DNA from: Promethearchaeota archaeon
Lineage (GTDB): Archaea > Asgardarchaeota > Lokiarchaeia > Sigyniarchaeales > SOKP01
NCBI GenBank assembly: GCA_048938855.1
Contig: JBHLLT010000009.1
Location: 32,001 to 96,000 of the forward strand
Length of the DNA stretch: 64,000 bases
Reading direction: 5' to 3'
The notes beneath the pieces were generated by a model. It did no database searches, was not told the origin of the DNA, and worked only from the letters and a program-made list of their open reading frames with translations. Shown in pieces: positions 1 through 10,181 of this stretch (within the stretch, counting starts at the first letter, position 1; each line of letters starts with the position of its first letter). A program made the position numbers and the translations under genes.

Positions 1-845
1 CAAATACTAGTTTCAGGTTGCGAAATGTCAGAGTGCGGGTGCCAAGCTTTATGAACTAACCCATCCTTTTTTGAAGCCTCTAATATTGAAAGTGCTTCAT
101 TTTTTGAGATTAACCTTCCAAATCCTTGCTCTGCTACAAATCTAGCAGATTTTCCGAAAGTAAAGCAATTTTCTCTAAGATTAGTTTGTTTGCAAGGATT
201 TGATAGTAGATCTTGATGATGTCTACAAAAACAGTGTCCCACAGCAATATCATCAAACTTATTAATAATTTCTTCTACTTTTTGTGAGATCATTATTTTT
301 TCTATTGGAACGTCTAATTCTTCATTAACAGCGATCTTAATTTCTTCACCACCAATATTATTATCTGAGAAGGAAACAGTTCTATCCATTGGAGGCATAT
401 TCTCAAACAAAGGCAAAATTGTATTGTAATTCATCTGGACGAAATCTCCCATTTCATTAAATAACTTTTCAAATAGTCGCGCCATTTCCTCATTTTCTTT
501 ATTAAACTCAATTTTTTTCATAAAAGAGTACTCGAACGCCCCAACCATAACTAAAGGCATCAATCTGTAGACCATTTTGCCTTTAGAGTTGGGTTGATTA
601 AATATAAATCCCTTTTTAGCTAAAATCTCAACATGAGTCTTTATCTCATTTTCAGACATTTTACTACACTTTTTAAGTTGTTCCATGGTCTGAGATGGTT
701 TATTTTTAAAAGCTAAGATAAAATCTAATTGATCTTCCTTTATCAGCATTTTTAGTAATTGGATCATTGTGTTATTTATAGGAAGTGGAAGAAAGCCAGC
801 TTTAATCAATGTTCTTGCAACCTTTTGATATTTTAAATCTGACAT
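1..845 (-). CDS. 4Fe-4S ferredoxin-domain protein (N-terminal wHTH-like region plus Cys-rich domain), 3' end truncated by window edge
   Basis: Not in ORF track; read manually from ATG at 845: MSDLKYQKVARTLIKAG...AVGHCFCRHHQDLLSNPCKQTNLRENCFTFG...PETSI. The CxCR...C...C motif is shared with 33241..34374 and 48355..49458. Confidence 0.8.
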   Translation of the reverse strand, partial: MSDLKYQKVARTLIKAGFLPLPINNTMIQLLKMLIKEDQLDFILAFKNKPSQTMEQLKKCSKMSENEIKTHVEILAKKGFIFNQPNSKGKMVYRLMPLVMVGAFEYSFMKKIEFNKENEEMARLFEKLFNEMGDFVQMNYNTILPLFENMPPMDRTVSFSDNNIGGEEIKIAVNEELDVPIEKIMISQKVEEIINKFDDIAVGHCFCRHHQDLLSNPCKQTNLRENCFTFGKSARFVAEQGFGRLISKNEALSILEASKKDGLVHKAWHPHSDISQPETSI

Positions 846-869
846 TTTTATCAAAAACTAATCATTATT

Positions 870-1670
870 TTATAATCTTACTAATCTTTTTCCCTTAAAA
901 AACAAAACTACAAGTATTACAATTGTGTAAAATATTATTAGATAGATCAGATCTCCATTATGGGGTACTATGATCATAAAAGTCATGAAATTGTAGACTG
1001 TATGAAAAATAACGGCAATCAAGATACTTCTGTTTGTATTATTATATACCCATGTGTATAATATTGATAAAAATATGACTTCTAATAAAAAAAGAAAGAA
1101 ATCAGGAATTCCTCCTAAACCATGGGGATCACCAGCAATGAACCAGACTGGTAAATGCCACAAACCCCAAATTGCACCTATAATTAAGCTCGAGACAAGG
1201 GCACTCGTTTTTGCTTGAAAACAATCAAGAGCGTATCCCCGCCAACCAAATTCTTCACTAAATCCTCCTGCAAAAAATGCTGTTAATAAATAACTGATAA
1301 TCACCCAAGGTTGAGATACCCAAGGTAAAATTGGAGGAGTTCCTTGAAGTAAGATAATGAGTAGGGATGAAACGACAAATAGAGTTGGGAAAAAGAAAAT
1401 AGTAATTAATAACCATCTGATGTCTATGTTCACATTCCAAAATCTTTTCCATAAAGCTTTTATCCCCCCCTTTCTTTCATTAATGTAAGATATTGAGAAA
1501 GCCCCCACAAATGGACCGTAGCCCCCTATAATAAATAATACAGAAAATAAGGGATTAGAATATCCTGATTGAGATATTACAGATGGTAACCATAATAACC
1601 AAGTCCAAGCAAACGTGATTAGCAAAAATAGCAATACATTACGGATTTCAAATTGTTTAATTTCATTCAT
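870..1670 (-). CDS. CPBP/CAAX-family (Abi) intramembrane glutamic endopeptidase
   Basis: EEFGWRG, WGLWH and HTVYN motifs; multiple TM helices. Confidence 0.9.
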   Translation of the reverse strand: MNEIKQFEIRNVLLFLLITFAWTWLLWLPSVISQSGYSNPLFSVLFIIGGYGPFVGAFSISYINERKGGIKALWKRFWNVNIDIRWLLITIFFFPTLFVVSSLLIILLQGTPPILPWVSQPWVIISYLLTAFFAGGFSEEFGWRGYALDCFQAKTSALVSSLIIGAIWGLWHLPVWFIAGDPHGLGGIPDFFLFLLEVIFLSILYTWVYNNTNRSILIAVIFHTVYNFMTFMIIVPHNGDLIYLIIFYTIVILVVLFFKGKRLVRL

Positions 1671-1880
1671 TTTTAATATATTTTATTTTTCTTATTGCTT
1701 TACAATGCTGATTTTTTAATATTTTGTATCAATACCAGTTAAGTATTAAATTATGGTTTAGAAATATTAATTCATATTTTAATTTGAATATAGGAAAATT
1801 ACATACAATTTTGTTAAAGTAAACTTTTTATAGATAATAGTTTCCATTATGAAGTAATACAAATATAGGTATATATAGAC

Positions 1881-2030
1881 ATGGAAGAATTTAGGAAAAA
1901 ACCAGATTATTCTAATGAAGAAGAAATTAATAAAGCTATAGGGCACATTCTCTGGGGTGATAAAGCTAAACCTTATTCAATGCGACGCTTGATTTTTGGA
2001 TTTATTAAAAAAAAATTAGGAGGAAAGTAA
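1881..2030 (+). CDS. 49-aa small hypothetical protein leading the corrinoid operon
   Basis: Read manually: MEEFRKKPDYSNEEEINKAIGHILWGDKAKPYSMRRLIFGFIKKKLGGK*; stop lies 4 nt before the next ATG, whose GGAGG is inside this ORF. Confidence 0.5.
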   Translation: MEEFRKKPDYSNEEEINKAIGHILWGDKAKPYSMRRLIFGFIKKKLGGK

Positions 2031-2034
2031 GATT

Positions 2035-2679
2035 ATGGGAAATAAGGAGGAATTAATGGAAGCTATAATAGATTTGGATGAGGATAAAGCTTATAGTTTA
2101 GTCAAAAAATTAATTGAAGATGGTGATTCTCCAAGTGATATTATTGAAATTCTTAGGAGGGGAGTAGAAGTAATTGGAGACAAATTTAATAAAAAAGAGT
2201 ATTTTTTAGCTGAATTAGTGATGGCAGGAGAAATTTTTTCTCAATCTACCGAGATTCTTGAGCCATATATGAAAGAAAATACTGAACCTAAAGCTAATTT
2301 AGAAACAATAATTATTGGTACGGTAAAGGGAGATGTTCATGACATTGGAAAAAATATTTTTGTTACTCTTCTAAAATCAGCGGGTTATAATGTAATTGAT
2401 CTAGGAGTGGATATACCTCCTAATAAATTCGTCGAAAAAGTGCGAGAAACTGGAGCCAAAGTAGTTGCTTATTCAGGGCTTTTAACTGTTGCTTTAGAGT
2501 CCATGAATGCAACAACTAGCGCATTAGAAGCTGCTGGTCTTAGGCAGAATTTGAAAATAATAATTGGAGGGCTACCTGTTGATGAACTCTGGATGAAAAA
2601 AGCAGGAGCAGATGCTTTTACTGATAATGCATTTGAAGGTGTGAAGATTGTTAATAATTGGTTAAGAGGTGGAGCATAA
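2035..2679 (+). CDS. Corrinoid (cobalamin-binding) methyltransferase protein, MtaC/MttC-like
   Basis: B12-binding GDVHDIG (DxHxxG), SGLLT, IIGG; N-terminal cap domain; GGAGG RBS. Confidence 0.93.
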   Translation: MGNKEELMEAIIDLDEDKAYSLVKKLIEDGDSPSDIIEILRRGVEVIGDKFNKKEYFLAELVMAGEIFSQSTEILEPYMKENTEPKANLETIIIGTVKGDVHDIGKNIFVTLLKSAGYNVIDLGVDIPPNKFVEKVRETGAKVVAYSGLLTVALESMNATTSALEAAGLRQNLKIIIGGLPVDELWMKKAGADAFTDNAFEGVKIVNNWLRGGA

Positions 2680-2680
2680 C

Positions 2681-3835
2681 ATGGATCAAATAAAAAAGGA
2701 GGCAATGACAAGTGTCGAAAGAATGCTTACTGCTATGGATTTGAAAGAGCCAGATAGGGTTCCAGTTTGGCCATTAATTGACTTTATGCAAACCAAATAT
2801 CTTGATAATATAACAGCCGAAGACATGCTTAATAATCCTGATAAAGCTCAAGAAGCGATGGAATGGATTTACCATAAAATGGGTGGTTTTGATATTGCTA
2901 TGGCAGGAGGGGGAATGTACATGCAATATGTAAATCCTTTTCCTGACATGTTTTCTGTGTATTATCTAGATTGGCAAATGCCTGGTCGACAATTAGATCC
3001 GAATGTACCCCCTCAATTAGCTGAAAGAGCATTATCTAATCCATTTCTTAAGGCTGAAGATTATGATAGGATTCTTAAAGAGGGATTTTTTTGGCTTGCT
3101 AACTTTAATACTTATAAAATGAGTGATATGATGAAACTTCCGAAAATAGCTCCCAAAGTGGTTGAGTATACAATTAAATGGTGGGAGCATTTTCAGGTAC
3201 CAACATTTAATGATGGTGCAGGTAGCACTGTATTTGATTTATTATCTACATTTCGAGGATCAACAAATTTTATGAAAGATATTTATCGGCATAAAGATAA
3301 GATAATTGAAATTTGCGATAAATATACAGATGATTTTATACGTATGGGTGAATATGGGATTACTCAAAGTCACGGAAAAACTTTATTAGTTGGAGCAGTA
3401 CGAGCGAGTGCTGATTTTATATCAATAAAACATTTTGAGGAGTTATTTTGGCCCTACTTTAAAAAAACTGTTAGTACATACGTAAAAAAGGGATATATTA
3501 TTCAAATGCATATGGATACTGATTGGACAGATCGTTTACATTATTTACTTGAGTTACCTAAAGGAAAGCTTTATCTTCATATGGATGAAAGAACAGATAT
3601 ATTTAAAGCTAAAGAAGTGCTTGGAGGACATATTTGTATTGAGGGAAATCTTAAACCATCATTGTTTACCATTGGAACACCAAATATGGTTGAAAAACAA
3701 GTAAAGAAAATTATTGATGAATGTGCTGACGGTGGCGGTCTTATCGTCGGCTCTGAAATTCCAGATAATGCAAAATTGGAAAATCTAAAAGCCATGTGTG
3801 ATACATGTAAATCCTATGGAATGTATAGAAAATAA
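2681..3835 (+). CDS. Uroporphyrinogen decarboxylase-family protein (MtaA/CmuA-like methylcobamide methyltransferase candidate)
   Basis: MTSVERM...EPDRVPV N-terminus, HMD, CIEGNL..LF..GTP..V, EIPDNAKLENL C-terminus; adjacent to corrinoid protein; ATG 2681 preferred over GTG 2669. Confidence 0.8.
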   Translation: MDQIKKEAMTSVERMLTAMDLKEPDRVPVWPLIDFMQTKYLDNITAEDMLNNPDKAQEAMEWIYHKMGGFDIAMAGGGMYMQYVNPFPDMFSVYYLDWQMPGRQLDPNVPPQLAERALSNPFLKAEDYDRILKEGFFWLANFNTYKMSDMMKLPKIAPKVVEYTIKWWEHFQVPTFNDGAGSTVFDLLSTFRGSTNFMKDIYRHKDKIIEICDKYTDDFIRMGEYGITQSHGKTLLVGAVRASADFISIKHFEELFWPYFKKTVSTYVKKGYIIQMHMDTDWTDRLHYLLELPKGKLYLHMDERTDIFKAKEVLGGHICIEGNLKPSLFTIGTPNMVEKQVKKIIDECADGGGLIVGSEIPDNAKLENLKAMCDTCKSYGMYRK

Positions 3836-3838
3836 CTC

Positions 3839-3850
3839 TTTTTTTTTTTT
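3839..3850 (+). terminator. T12 tract, archaeal-type intrinsic terminator
   Basis: Poly-T starting 4 nt after the stop of the corrinoid operon. Confidence 0.55.
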
Positions 3851-3954
3851 AATTTAATTATCTATTAATAAGTATGTTAAAATTGAGTTCCATACAATTT
3901 TAAAAGTAAATAACATTTAATTCTATTCTATATTGTAATTATTGAGGGATTTTC

Positions 3955-5274
3955 GTGGTAAATGTTTTAATAATTGGACATGGTGCAAGAGAACACGTTA
4001 TTGGTGAAACTCTTGTTAAAGGAGGAGCAAAATTATTCGCATTTATGAGTTTTAAAAACGCTGGATTAGAAGATTTGAGTCGTGAAATAAAAATTCACTC
4101 AGAAACAGATTTCATGGAAATAATTAATTTTGCTCAAAACAAAAAAATTGATTTTATCGTAATTGGTCCTGAAGCTCCATTAGTTGTTGGAATTGTTGAT
4201 GCTTTAGAAAAGGGAGGAATCCCATGTGTTGGACCCAAAATTGAAGCTGCACAATTAGAAGGTTCAAAGGTATTTGCTAGGTATTTATTAGATAAATATA
4301 AAATTAAATCAAACGTTAGAAGTAGAGTTTTTGATACTATTAATGGACTTGAGAGTTACGTTAAAGATGTGGGTGAAGAAAATATTGTGATAAAACCAGA
4401 AGGACTTACTGGGGGAAAAGGGGTTAAAGTTTTTGGAGATCACTTATTTTCAAAATCAGATATTTTAAATTATTGTCAAGAGTTAATAAAAAATAAAAGT
4501 CGATTTCTTGTCGAAGAAAAATGTGTAGGAGAAGAATTTACCTTACAAACTTTTGTTGATGGAAAAACTGTAATCGGTTCTCCCTTAGTTCAAGATCATA
4601 AAAGAGCATATGAAGATGATAAAGGCCCAAATACGGGAGGAATGGGATCTTACTCAATGGAAGATCATCTTATGCCATTTATTACTCAAGAAGATGTTGA
4701 TAATGCACTTGAAGATATGAAAAAAACAATAACTGCTGTGAAGGCAGAAACTGGAGTAGAATATAAAGGTTTTCTCTATGGACAATTCATGAAAACGGCC
4801 AATGGCCTAAAATTAATTGAATATAACTCTCGATTTGGGGATCCTGAGGCAATGAATGTATTACCTCTCCTTGAAGGAAATCTAGTAGATATTTGTTGGA
4901 GGATAATAAATGGTAATTTATCTCAAAATTTCAATTTTGAAACGAAAGCTACTGTCTGTAAGTATTTAGCTCCAGAAGGATATCCTGTTACTCCTAAAAA
5001 AGATGAAGAGGTCAGAATAAATAGAGAAGAAATAGATAAATCTGGAGCGAAATACTATTATGCGTCTGTGTATCGTGAAGGTGAAAAAATATTCACTACC
5101 ACATCAAGAGCAATGGGAGTATTAGGGATTGCTGATTCTTTAGAAGATGCTGAAAAAATAGCTGAATCAGGAGTTAATTGTATTGAGGGTAAGTTATTTC
5201 ATAGAAAGGATGTAGGCACTTTAAAGTTATTACAGAAAAGGATTGATAATATGAACTCAATTCTTAATAAATAA
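3955..5274 (+). CDS. purD: Phosphoribosylamine-glycine ligase
   Basis: GHGAREH, IGPEAPL, LEGSK, GGKGV, QDHKR, GPNTGGMG, RFGDPE. Confidence 0.97.
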   Translation: MVNVLIIGHGAREHVIGETLVKGGAKLFAFMSFKNAGLEDLSREIKIHSETDFMEIINFAQNKKIDFIVIGPEAPLVVGIVDALEKGGIPCVGPKIEAAQLEGSKVFARYLLDKYKIKSNVRSRVFDTINGLESYVKDVGEENIVIKPEGLTGGKGVKVFGDHLFSKSDILNYCQELIKNKSRFLVEEKCVGEEFTLQTFVDGKTVIGSPLVQDHKRAYEDDKGPNTGGMGSYSMEDHLMPFITQEDVDNALEDMKKTITAVKAETGVEYKGFLYGQFMKTANGLKLIEYNSRFGDPEAMNVLPLLEGNLVDICWRIINGNLSQNFNFETKATVCKYLAPEGYPVTPKKDEEVRINREEIDKSGAKYYYASVYREGEKIFTTTSRAMGVLGIADSLEDAEKIAESGVNCIEGKLFHRKDVGTLKLLQKRIDNMNSILNK

Positions 5275-5383
5275 GTGAATAGTATTATAGGATGTTTTCT
5301 TATAAAAATTATCCTTATTAAAGAGTTTTATATTCTATAATCATCAAATTCTAATAATTTCTATACAACCGTTTATTTGAATT

Positions 5384-5860
5384 ATGAATTGGCACGAAAA
5401 AAATGCTGAATTTAATACTTTAATTAAAGAATTATTCCATGAAAAAAATTGGCAAAAAAGAGCTGAAGCTGCTAGGCTCCTTGGGTTAAAAAAAGATGGT
5501 AGAGCTACTAATTTATTGTGTAGAGCTCTTCGAGTTGAAAAAGATCATATAGTAGTTAATAAGATCATTGAAGCGTTGGGAAGAATAGGTGATGGAAGAG
5601 CTACTTTAAGGATTATAGAAAAATTAGCAGAAGAACAAGAAAAAAACGAAATTGATAAATTCAGAATAATTTATATAATAGAGAGTTTAACTAAAATAAG
5701 AGATAGAAGAGCATTATCATATTTAGGGCCTTTATTAGACTCTTCAGATGATGATATTAGAGAATTAACATTAATGGCTTTTGATGTAATAGAACCAAAA
5801 TGGAAAGAAATAATAAAAAGAGAAAGAAATAAATCCATACAAGAAATATTTAAGAATTAA
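5384..5860 (+). CDS. HEAT-repeat (PBS lyase-like) protein
   Basis: Repeats RAEAARLLG..KDGRA, IIEALGRIGDGRA, IIESLTKIRDRRA. Confidence 0.8.
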   Translation: MNWHEKNAEFNTLIKELFHEKNWQKRAEAARLLGLKKDGRATNLLCRALRVEKDHIVVNKIIEALGRIGDGRATLRIIEKLAEEQEKNEIDKFRIIYIIESLTKIRDRRALSYLGPLLDSSDDDIRELTLMAFDVIEPKWKEIIKRERNKSIQEIFKN

Positions 5861-6071
5861 AAGTCCTCATTTTTGTTTACTACTAACAACTAAACTCTTA
5901 ATAAAATATTATTTAAGATTTTAAGATTAAATGTTTTATAGAATAGTAATAGATATTATCTCGGGTAAACTCCAAATAGATAAATATTATATTCTTAATC
6001 GTACAATTTTTATATAAGAAAAGAGTAGTTCTCTTTATTAATATATCATCATCTCAATCCAAAAAAATTAA

Positions 6072-9000
6072 ATGGTGGCGTTTTCAAAAATGACACAAAT
6101 ATATGAAAACTACAATAGACTTGGTCGAGTATTTTCTGAAAATATTGATGATCCAATTTTGATCCTTAATGAGAAGTTTCAATGTGAATATTCTAATTCT
6201 CAATTTTTTCCTGTTGATTGTAAACTTGACGAATTCATACATCAGGAGGATCTAAAACGAATAAATAGATTATTGAAAAATATTTTGAAATTAGGATCTG
6301 GAACAGAAGAAGCTCAAATTAAATATAAGGGAAGCCAATCTAAATGGTTTCAACTTAAGGGAAAAAGCTTTGTTGATGATTTAGCCAATGAAAAAAAAAT
6401 ATTTCTTATTTGTAGGGACATTACAAAATTTAAAAAACTTGAATTTGAGATTAAAGAAAGTCAAGCACGTTTTGGTGAACTAGCAGACTATGTACCAGAA
6501 ATACAATTTTGGAAGCTTCTTCAGACTCGAGAAGGAAAAAGTGTTGTGCAAAAGACTCAAGAAATGTTAGAGTTAGTACTAGATAATATTCCTCAGCTCA
6601 TATATTGGAAAGATACGAATTTGACCTATATGGGATGCAACAAGAATTTTGCGATTTTAAACAACATACAAGAGCCTACTAGCATAATAGGTAGAAAAGA
6701 TGAAGATCTTATCTGGCTTAAAAATAATGTAAGTTTGATTCGGGAAAAAGAAAAAGAAGTTATGAAAAATGATGTTGTTGAATATAATGTAATTGAATCT
6801 CTAACTACAATCAATGGTAAAGATACGTGGTTTGAGATTAACAGAATTCCCTTGCATGATTCAAAAGGTAAAGTAGTAGGTATATTAGTTACTTATGAAG
6901 ATATTACAATTCGTAAGATTGCGGAACAAAAATTAAAAGAATCTGAAGAAAAATATCGTGGGATTCTTGAAAATATAAAAGAAGGTTATTTTGAAGTTGA
7001 TTTATTTGGAAATTTCACCTTTTTTAATGATGCCATATGTGAATTGCAGGGATGTTCGAGAGAAGAATTGTTAAAGACTAATTATGCAAATTTTGTCGAT
7101 GAAGATAATAAAAAGAAAATTACTGAAGTTTATAATAATGTTTTCGAAACAGGTATTCCAAAGAGTAATTTCCAATATGAATTTATTAGAAAAAATGGTG
7201 AAAAAATAACATGTGAATCTTCGGTATATCTGAGGTGTGATCCAGATGGACACCGAATAGGATTCAATGGTTTAGCAAGAAATATTACTGAAAAATATTC
7301 TCTTGAACAAAAAATAAAAGATTCTGAAGAAAAATATCGTACAATTTTCAATTCGAGTCCAGATTATATTTTTATAACTGACATTAAAGGAGATATATTA
7401 GATATGAATCCCGCATTACTAGAACGAATAGGAATAACTCTAGAAGAAGCACGAAATAAGAATTTTTTAGACATTTATGCTGGTGAGAATATTGACAATT
7501 TAAAAACTGTAGGTAACTTAATTATTTCTGGAAACGAGATAAAAGGTGTTGAAATTAAAGGAAAAACAACCAATGGAGAAATTTTTGAATATGAAGTGAA
7601 TGCAGTTCCATTAATGGAAGATGGGCATGTAACCCGAGTTTTAAATTTAGCAAGAGATATAACCCGACGAAAACTGACGGAACAAAAACTGAAAGAGTCG
7701 GAGAAAAGATATCGTCATTTATTTGAGAATTCTCCGTATGCTATATGGCTTATGGATGAAGAAGGTACCATAGTTGATTGTAATTCAACCATGACAAATC
7801 TTCTTTCAGTTTTAGAAATAAAAGATTTGATTGGAAAGAAATTTTCTGAAGTATTATCAGTTTTAAAAAGATCAGATTATCTCGTAAATATATTAAAAGA
7901 CCGATTTAAAAGATTTCTTAAAGGAGAGAAACTAGGACCTTTAGAATTTCAAATTACTCGGATGGATGAAACTAAAGTATGGTTATCAATAACAAGCTCA
8001 TTAGTAAAAATCGGAGATAGAACTCTGACCCAGGCAATCATTAGAGATATAACTGAAAAGAAGAATGCTGAACAGAAATTAAAAGATTCAGAAGTCAAAT
8101 ATCGCCATTTATTCGAAAGTACACCATATTCAATTATTTTAATTGACAGAAAAGGAAAGATAATTGATTGCAATCCCGCTACTAAAAAATTCTTCAATAG
8201 AGAAATTGACACTTTAATAAATAAAAATTTCTTAGACGTTGGAATAAAACCTGGAAAGGTATTGCCTTTATTTAAAGATAGATATCAATCTATCTTAAAA
8301 GGAGTAATTCCAGGACCATTAGAAGTTCAAATTACCAGATCCAAAGATGGAAGTTTAATGTGGATCAGCATTGATGATTCTCTTGTAGAGGTTGGAGGAG
8401 AGGTTATTTTTCAGGTAATAATACAGGATATAACTGAGAAAAAAAATGCTGAGCAAGAATTAAAGAAATCTCAAGAAGAATTAAAGACATTAAATAGAGA
8501 ATTAGAACAAAATATATTGGAAAGAACTAAAGATTTAATTGAATCTGAGCAACAATACCGTACAACAATTAATTCATTAAATGATCCACTTCACGTTGTA
8601 GATAAAGACCTAAGAATTATATTATTAAACTCTGCATTTGATAATTGGCTCGGAGAATTAGGGCTTGAAAAGGATATTGTAGGAAGAACTGTTTTTGAAG
8701 CTTTTCCATTTTTACCCAGCGAAGTTCGTAAAGAATATCAAGAGGTTTTTAATAGTGGAAAAATGGTTATTACAGAAGGAAGCCTTTTTTTAAATAATAG
8801 AGAAGTTTTCACTGAAACGAGGAAATTTCCTATCTTTAGTGAAAATCAAGTTAACCAAGTAATCACTATAATTAGAGATATAACTGAAAGTAAAAAAATG
8901 GAAAATCAATTAATTGAATCTGAAAAAAATTTTCGAAATATGATAACTAATTTAGATGAAGGGTATTATAAAGTTATGTGGAGGGGAAATATATTGTATC

Positions 9001-10037
9001 ATAATCCAGCATTTAGTAAAATCGCAGGGTATGATCCACTTGAAAATTTAATAGGTCAAGAAATCCCTTTCTTCTGGAAAAATCCTGAAGATCAAAATAA
9101 ATATCAAGAAGAATTAAGTAAAAATAGATTTATTCGAAATTATATTGTACCTGTTAGAAAGAAAAATGGAGAAGAAATTGTAGTTCAAGTGAATGCACAT
9201 CTAATAAAAGATGAAAATAACAATCCATTTGCTGTTGAGGGTACTTTTTCTGATATCACAGAAAAATTCAGATTAGAGCAGGAATTATTAGAATCTGAAC
9301 AGAAATTAAGACATCAAAATATTGAATTGAAAAAACTTGATAAAGTTAAAAATGATTTTATTACAATGGCGGCACACGAATTAAAAACACCCTTAATATC
9401 AATTTCTGGATATACTGATTACATTTTGATGAAACATAGAAATAATCTTAATCCAGAAATTACTACCGACTTAACAACTGTTCAAAGAAATGTGAATCGA
9501 TTAGAAGAATTAATGGACCAGCTTTTAGATGTATTAAAGATTGATGAAAACGAATTAAAACTGCAAAAGGAGCAAATAAATGTTAGTACAATAATCAATA
9601 ATTGCCTTGATGAATTAAGTTATTTAATTAATGAAAAATTTCTCGAGATTATATTGAATATTGAACCAGACATTATCATAAATGCAGATCCTAATCGTAT
9701 TTTCACAGTCTTTACCAATCTAATTTCAAACGCCATCAAGTTCACTCCTGATTATGGATGGATTGAAATAAATGTTAAAAAGGAAACCGATCAATATGTT
9801 TTTGAAATAAAAGATAATGGTATTGGATTAGTTGGAGATGAATTTGAAAGATTGTTTAAAAAGTTTGAAAGAATCAAACCCCCTATTATAAATGATCATG
9901 TAAATATCAAAGATTCTGGGACTGGACTTGGGCTCTATATTACAAAAGGTATAATTAATGCACATGAAGGGGAAATTTGGGCTAGTTCAGAGGGAGAAAA
10001 TAAAGGCTCTACTTTCTCTTTCACGTTACCAATATGA
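6072..10037 (+). CDS. Soluble multi-PAS (about 8) sensor histidine kinase
   Basis: Repeated ESE(E/K)KYR..F(E/N)..P...DITE linkers; H-box AAHELKTPL, N-box NLISNAIKF, DNGIG, GTGLGL; no TM. Confidence 0.95.
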   Translation: MVAFSKMTQIYENYNRLGRVFSENIDDPILILNEKFQCEYSNSQFFPVDCKLDEFIHQEDLKRINRLLKNILKLGSGTEEAQIKYKGSQSKWFQLKGKSFVDDLANEKKIFLICRDITKFKKLEFEIKESQARFGELADYVPEIQFWKLLQTREGKSVVQKTQEMLELVLDNIPQLIYWKDTNLTYMGCNKNFAILNNIQEPTSIIGRKDEDLIWLKNNVSLIREKEKEVMKNDVVEYNVIESLTTINGKDTWFEINRIPLHDSKGKVVGILVTYEDITIRKIAEQKLKESEEKYRGILENIKEGYFEVDLFGNFTFFNDAICELQGCSREELLKTNYANFVDEDNKKKITEVYNNVFETGIPKSNFQYEFIRKNGEKITCESSVYLRCDPDGHRIGFNGLARNITEKYSLEQKIKDSEEKYRTIFNSSPDYIFITDIKGDILDMNPALLERIGITLEEARNKNFLDIYAGENIDNLKTVGNLIISGNEIKGVEIKGKTTNGEIFEYEVNAVPLMEDGHVTRVLNLARDITRRKLTEQKLKESEKRYRHLFENSPYAIWLMDEEGTIVDCNSTMTNLLSVLEIKDLIGKKFSEVLSVLKRSDYLVNILKDRFKRFLKGEKLGPLEFQITRMDETKVWLSITSSLVKIGDRTLTQAIIRDITEKKNAEQKLKDSEVKYRHLFESTPYSIILIDRKGKIIDCNPATKKFFNREIDTLINKNFLDVGIKPGKVLPLFKDRYQSILKGVIPGPLEVQITRSKDGSLMWISIDDSLVEVGGEVIFQVIIQDITEKKNAEQELKKSQEELKTLNRELEQNILERTKDLIESEQQYRTTINSLNDPLHVVDKDLRIILLNSAFDNWLGELGLEKDIVGRTVFEAFPFLPSEVRKEYQEVFNSGKMVITEGSLFLNNREVFTETRKFPIFSENQVNQVITIIRDITESKKMENQLIESEKNFRNMITNLDEGYYKVMWRGNILYHNPAFSKIAGYDPLENLIGQEIPFFWKNPEDQNKYQEELSKNRFIRNYIVPVRKKNGEEIVVQVNAHLIKDENNNPFAVEGTFSDITEKFRLEQELLESEQKLRHQNIELKKLDKVKNDFITMAAHELKTPLISISGYTDYILMKHRNNLNPEITTDLTTVQRNVNRLEELMDQLLDVLKIDENELKLQKEQINVSTIINNCLDELSYLINEKFLEIILNIEPDIIINADPNRIFTVFTNLISNAIKFTPDYGWIEINVKKETDQYVFEIKDNGIGLVGDEFERLFKKFERIKPPIINDHVNIKDSGTGLGLYITKGIINAHEGEIWASSEGENKGSTFSFTLPI

Positions 10038-10181
10038 TTCCTTCTGGTTATAATACACCAATTAAAATTCATTTTCAATTAATTTTTCTTTTATAATAAC
10101 AGAAATTTATTTAACTGTCATGCAATATTATGAATTTTTCATACGAAAAATAGTTTAAAGAAATTTACTTTTAAGACTGAT

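Noticed and set aside
6900-9320. Recurring GATAT(A/T)AC(T/A)GA and GAATCTGAA motifs
   Set aside because: Coding repeats of PAS-PAC linkers (DITE, ESE) in the histidine kinase
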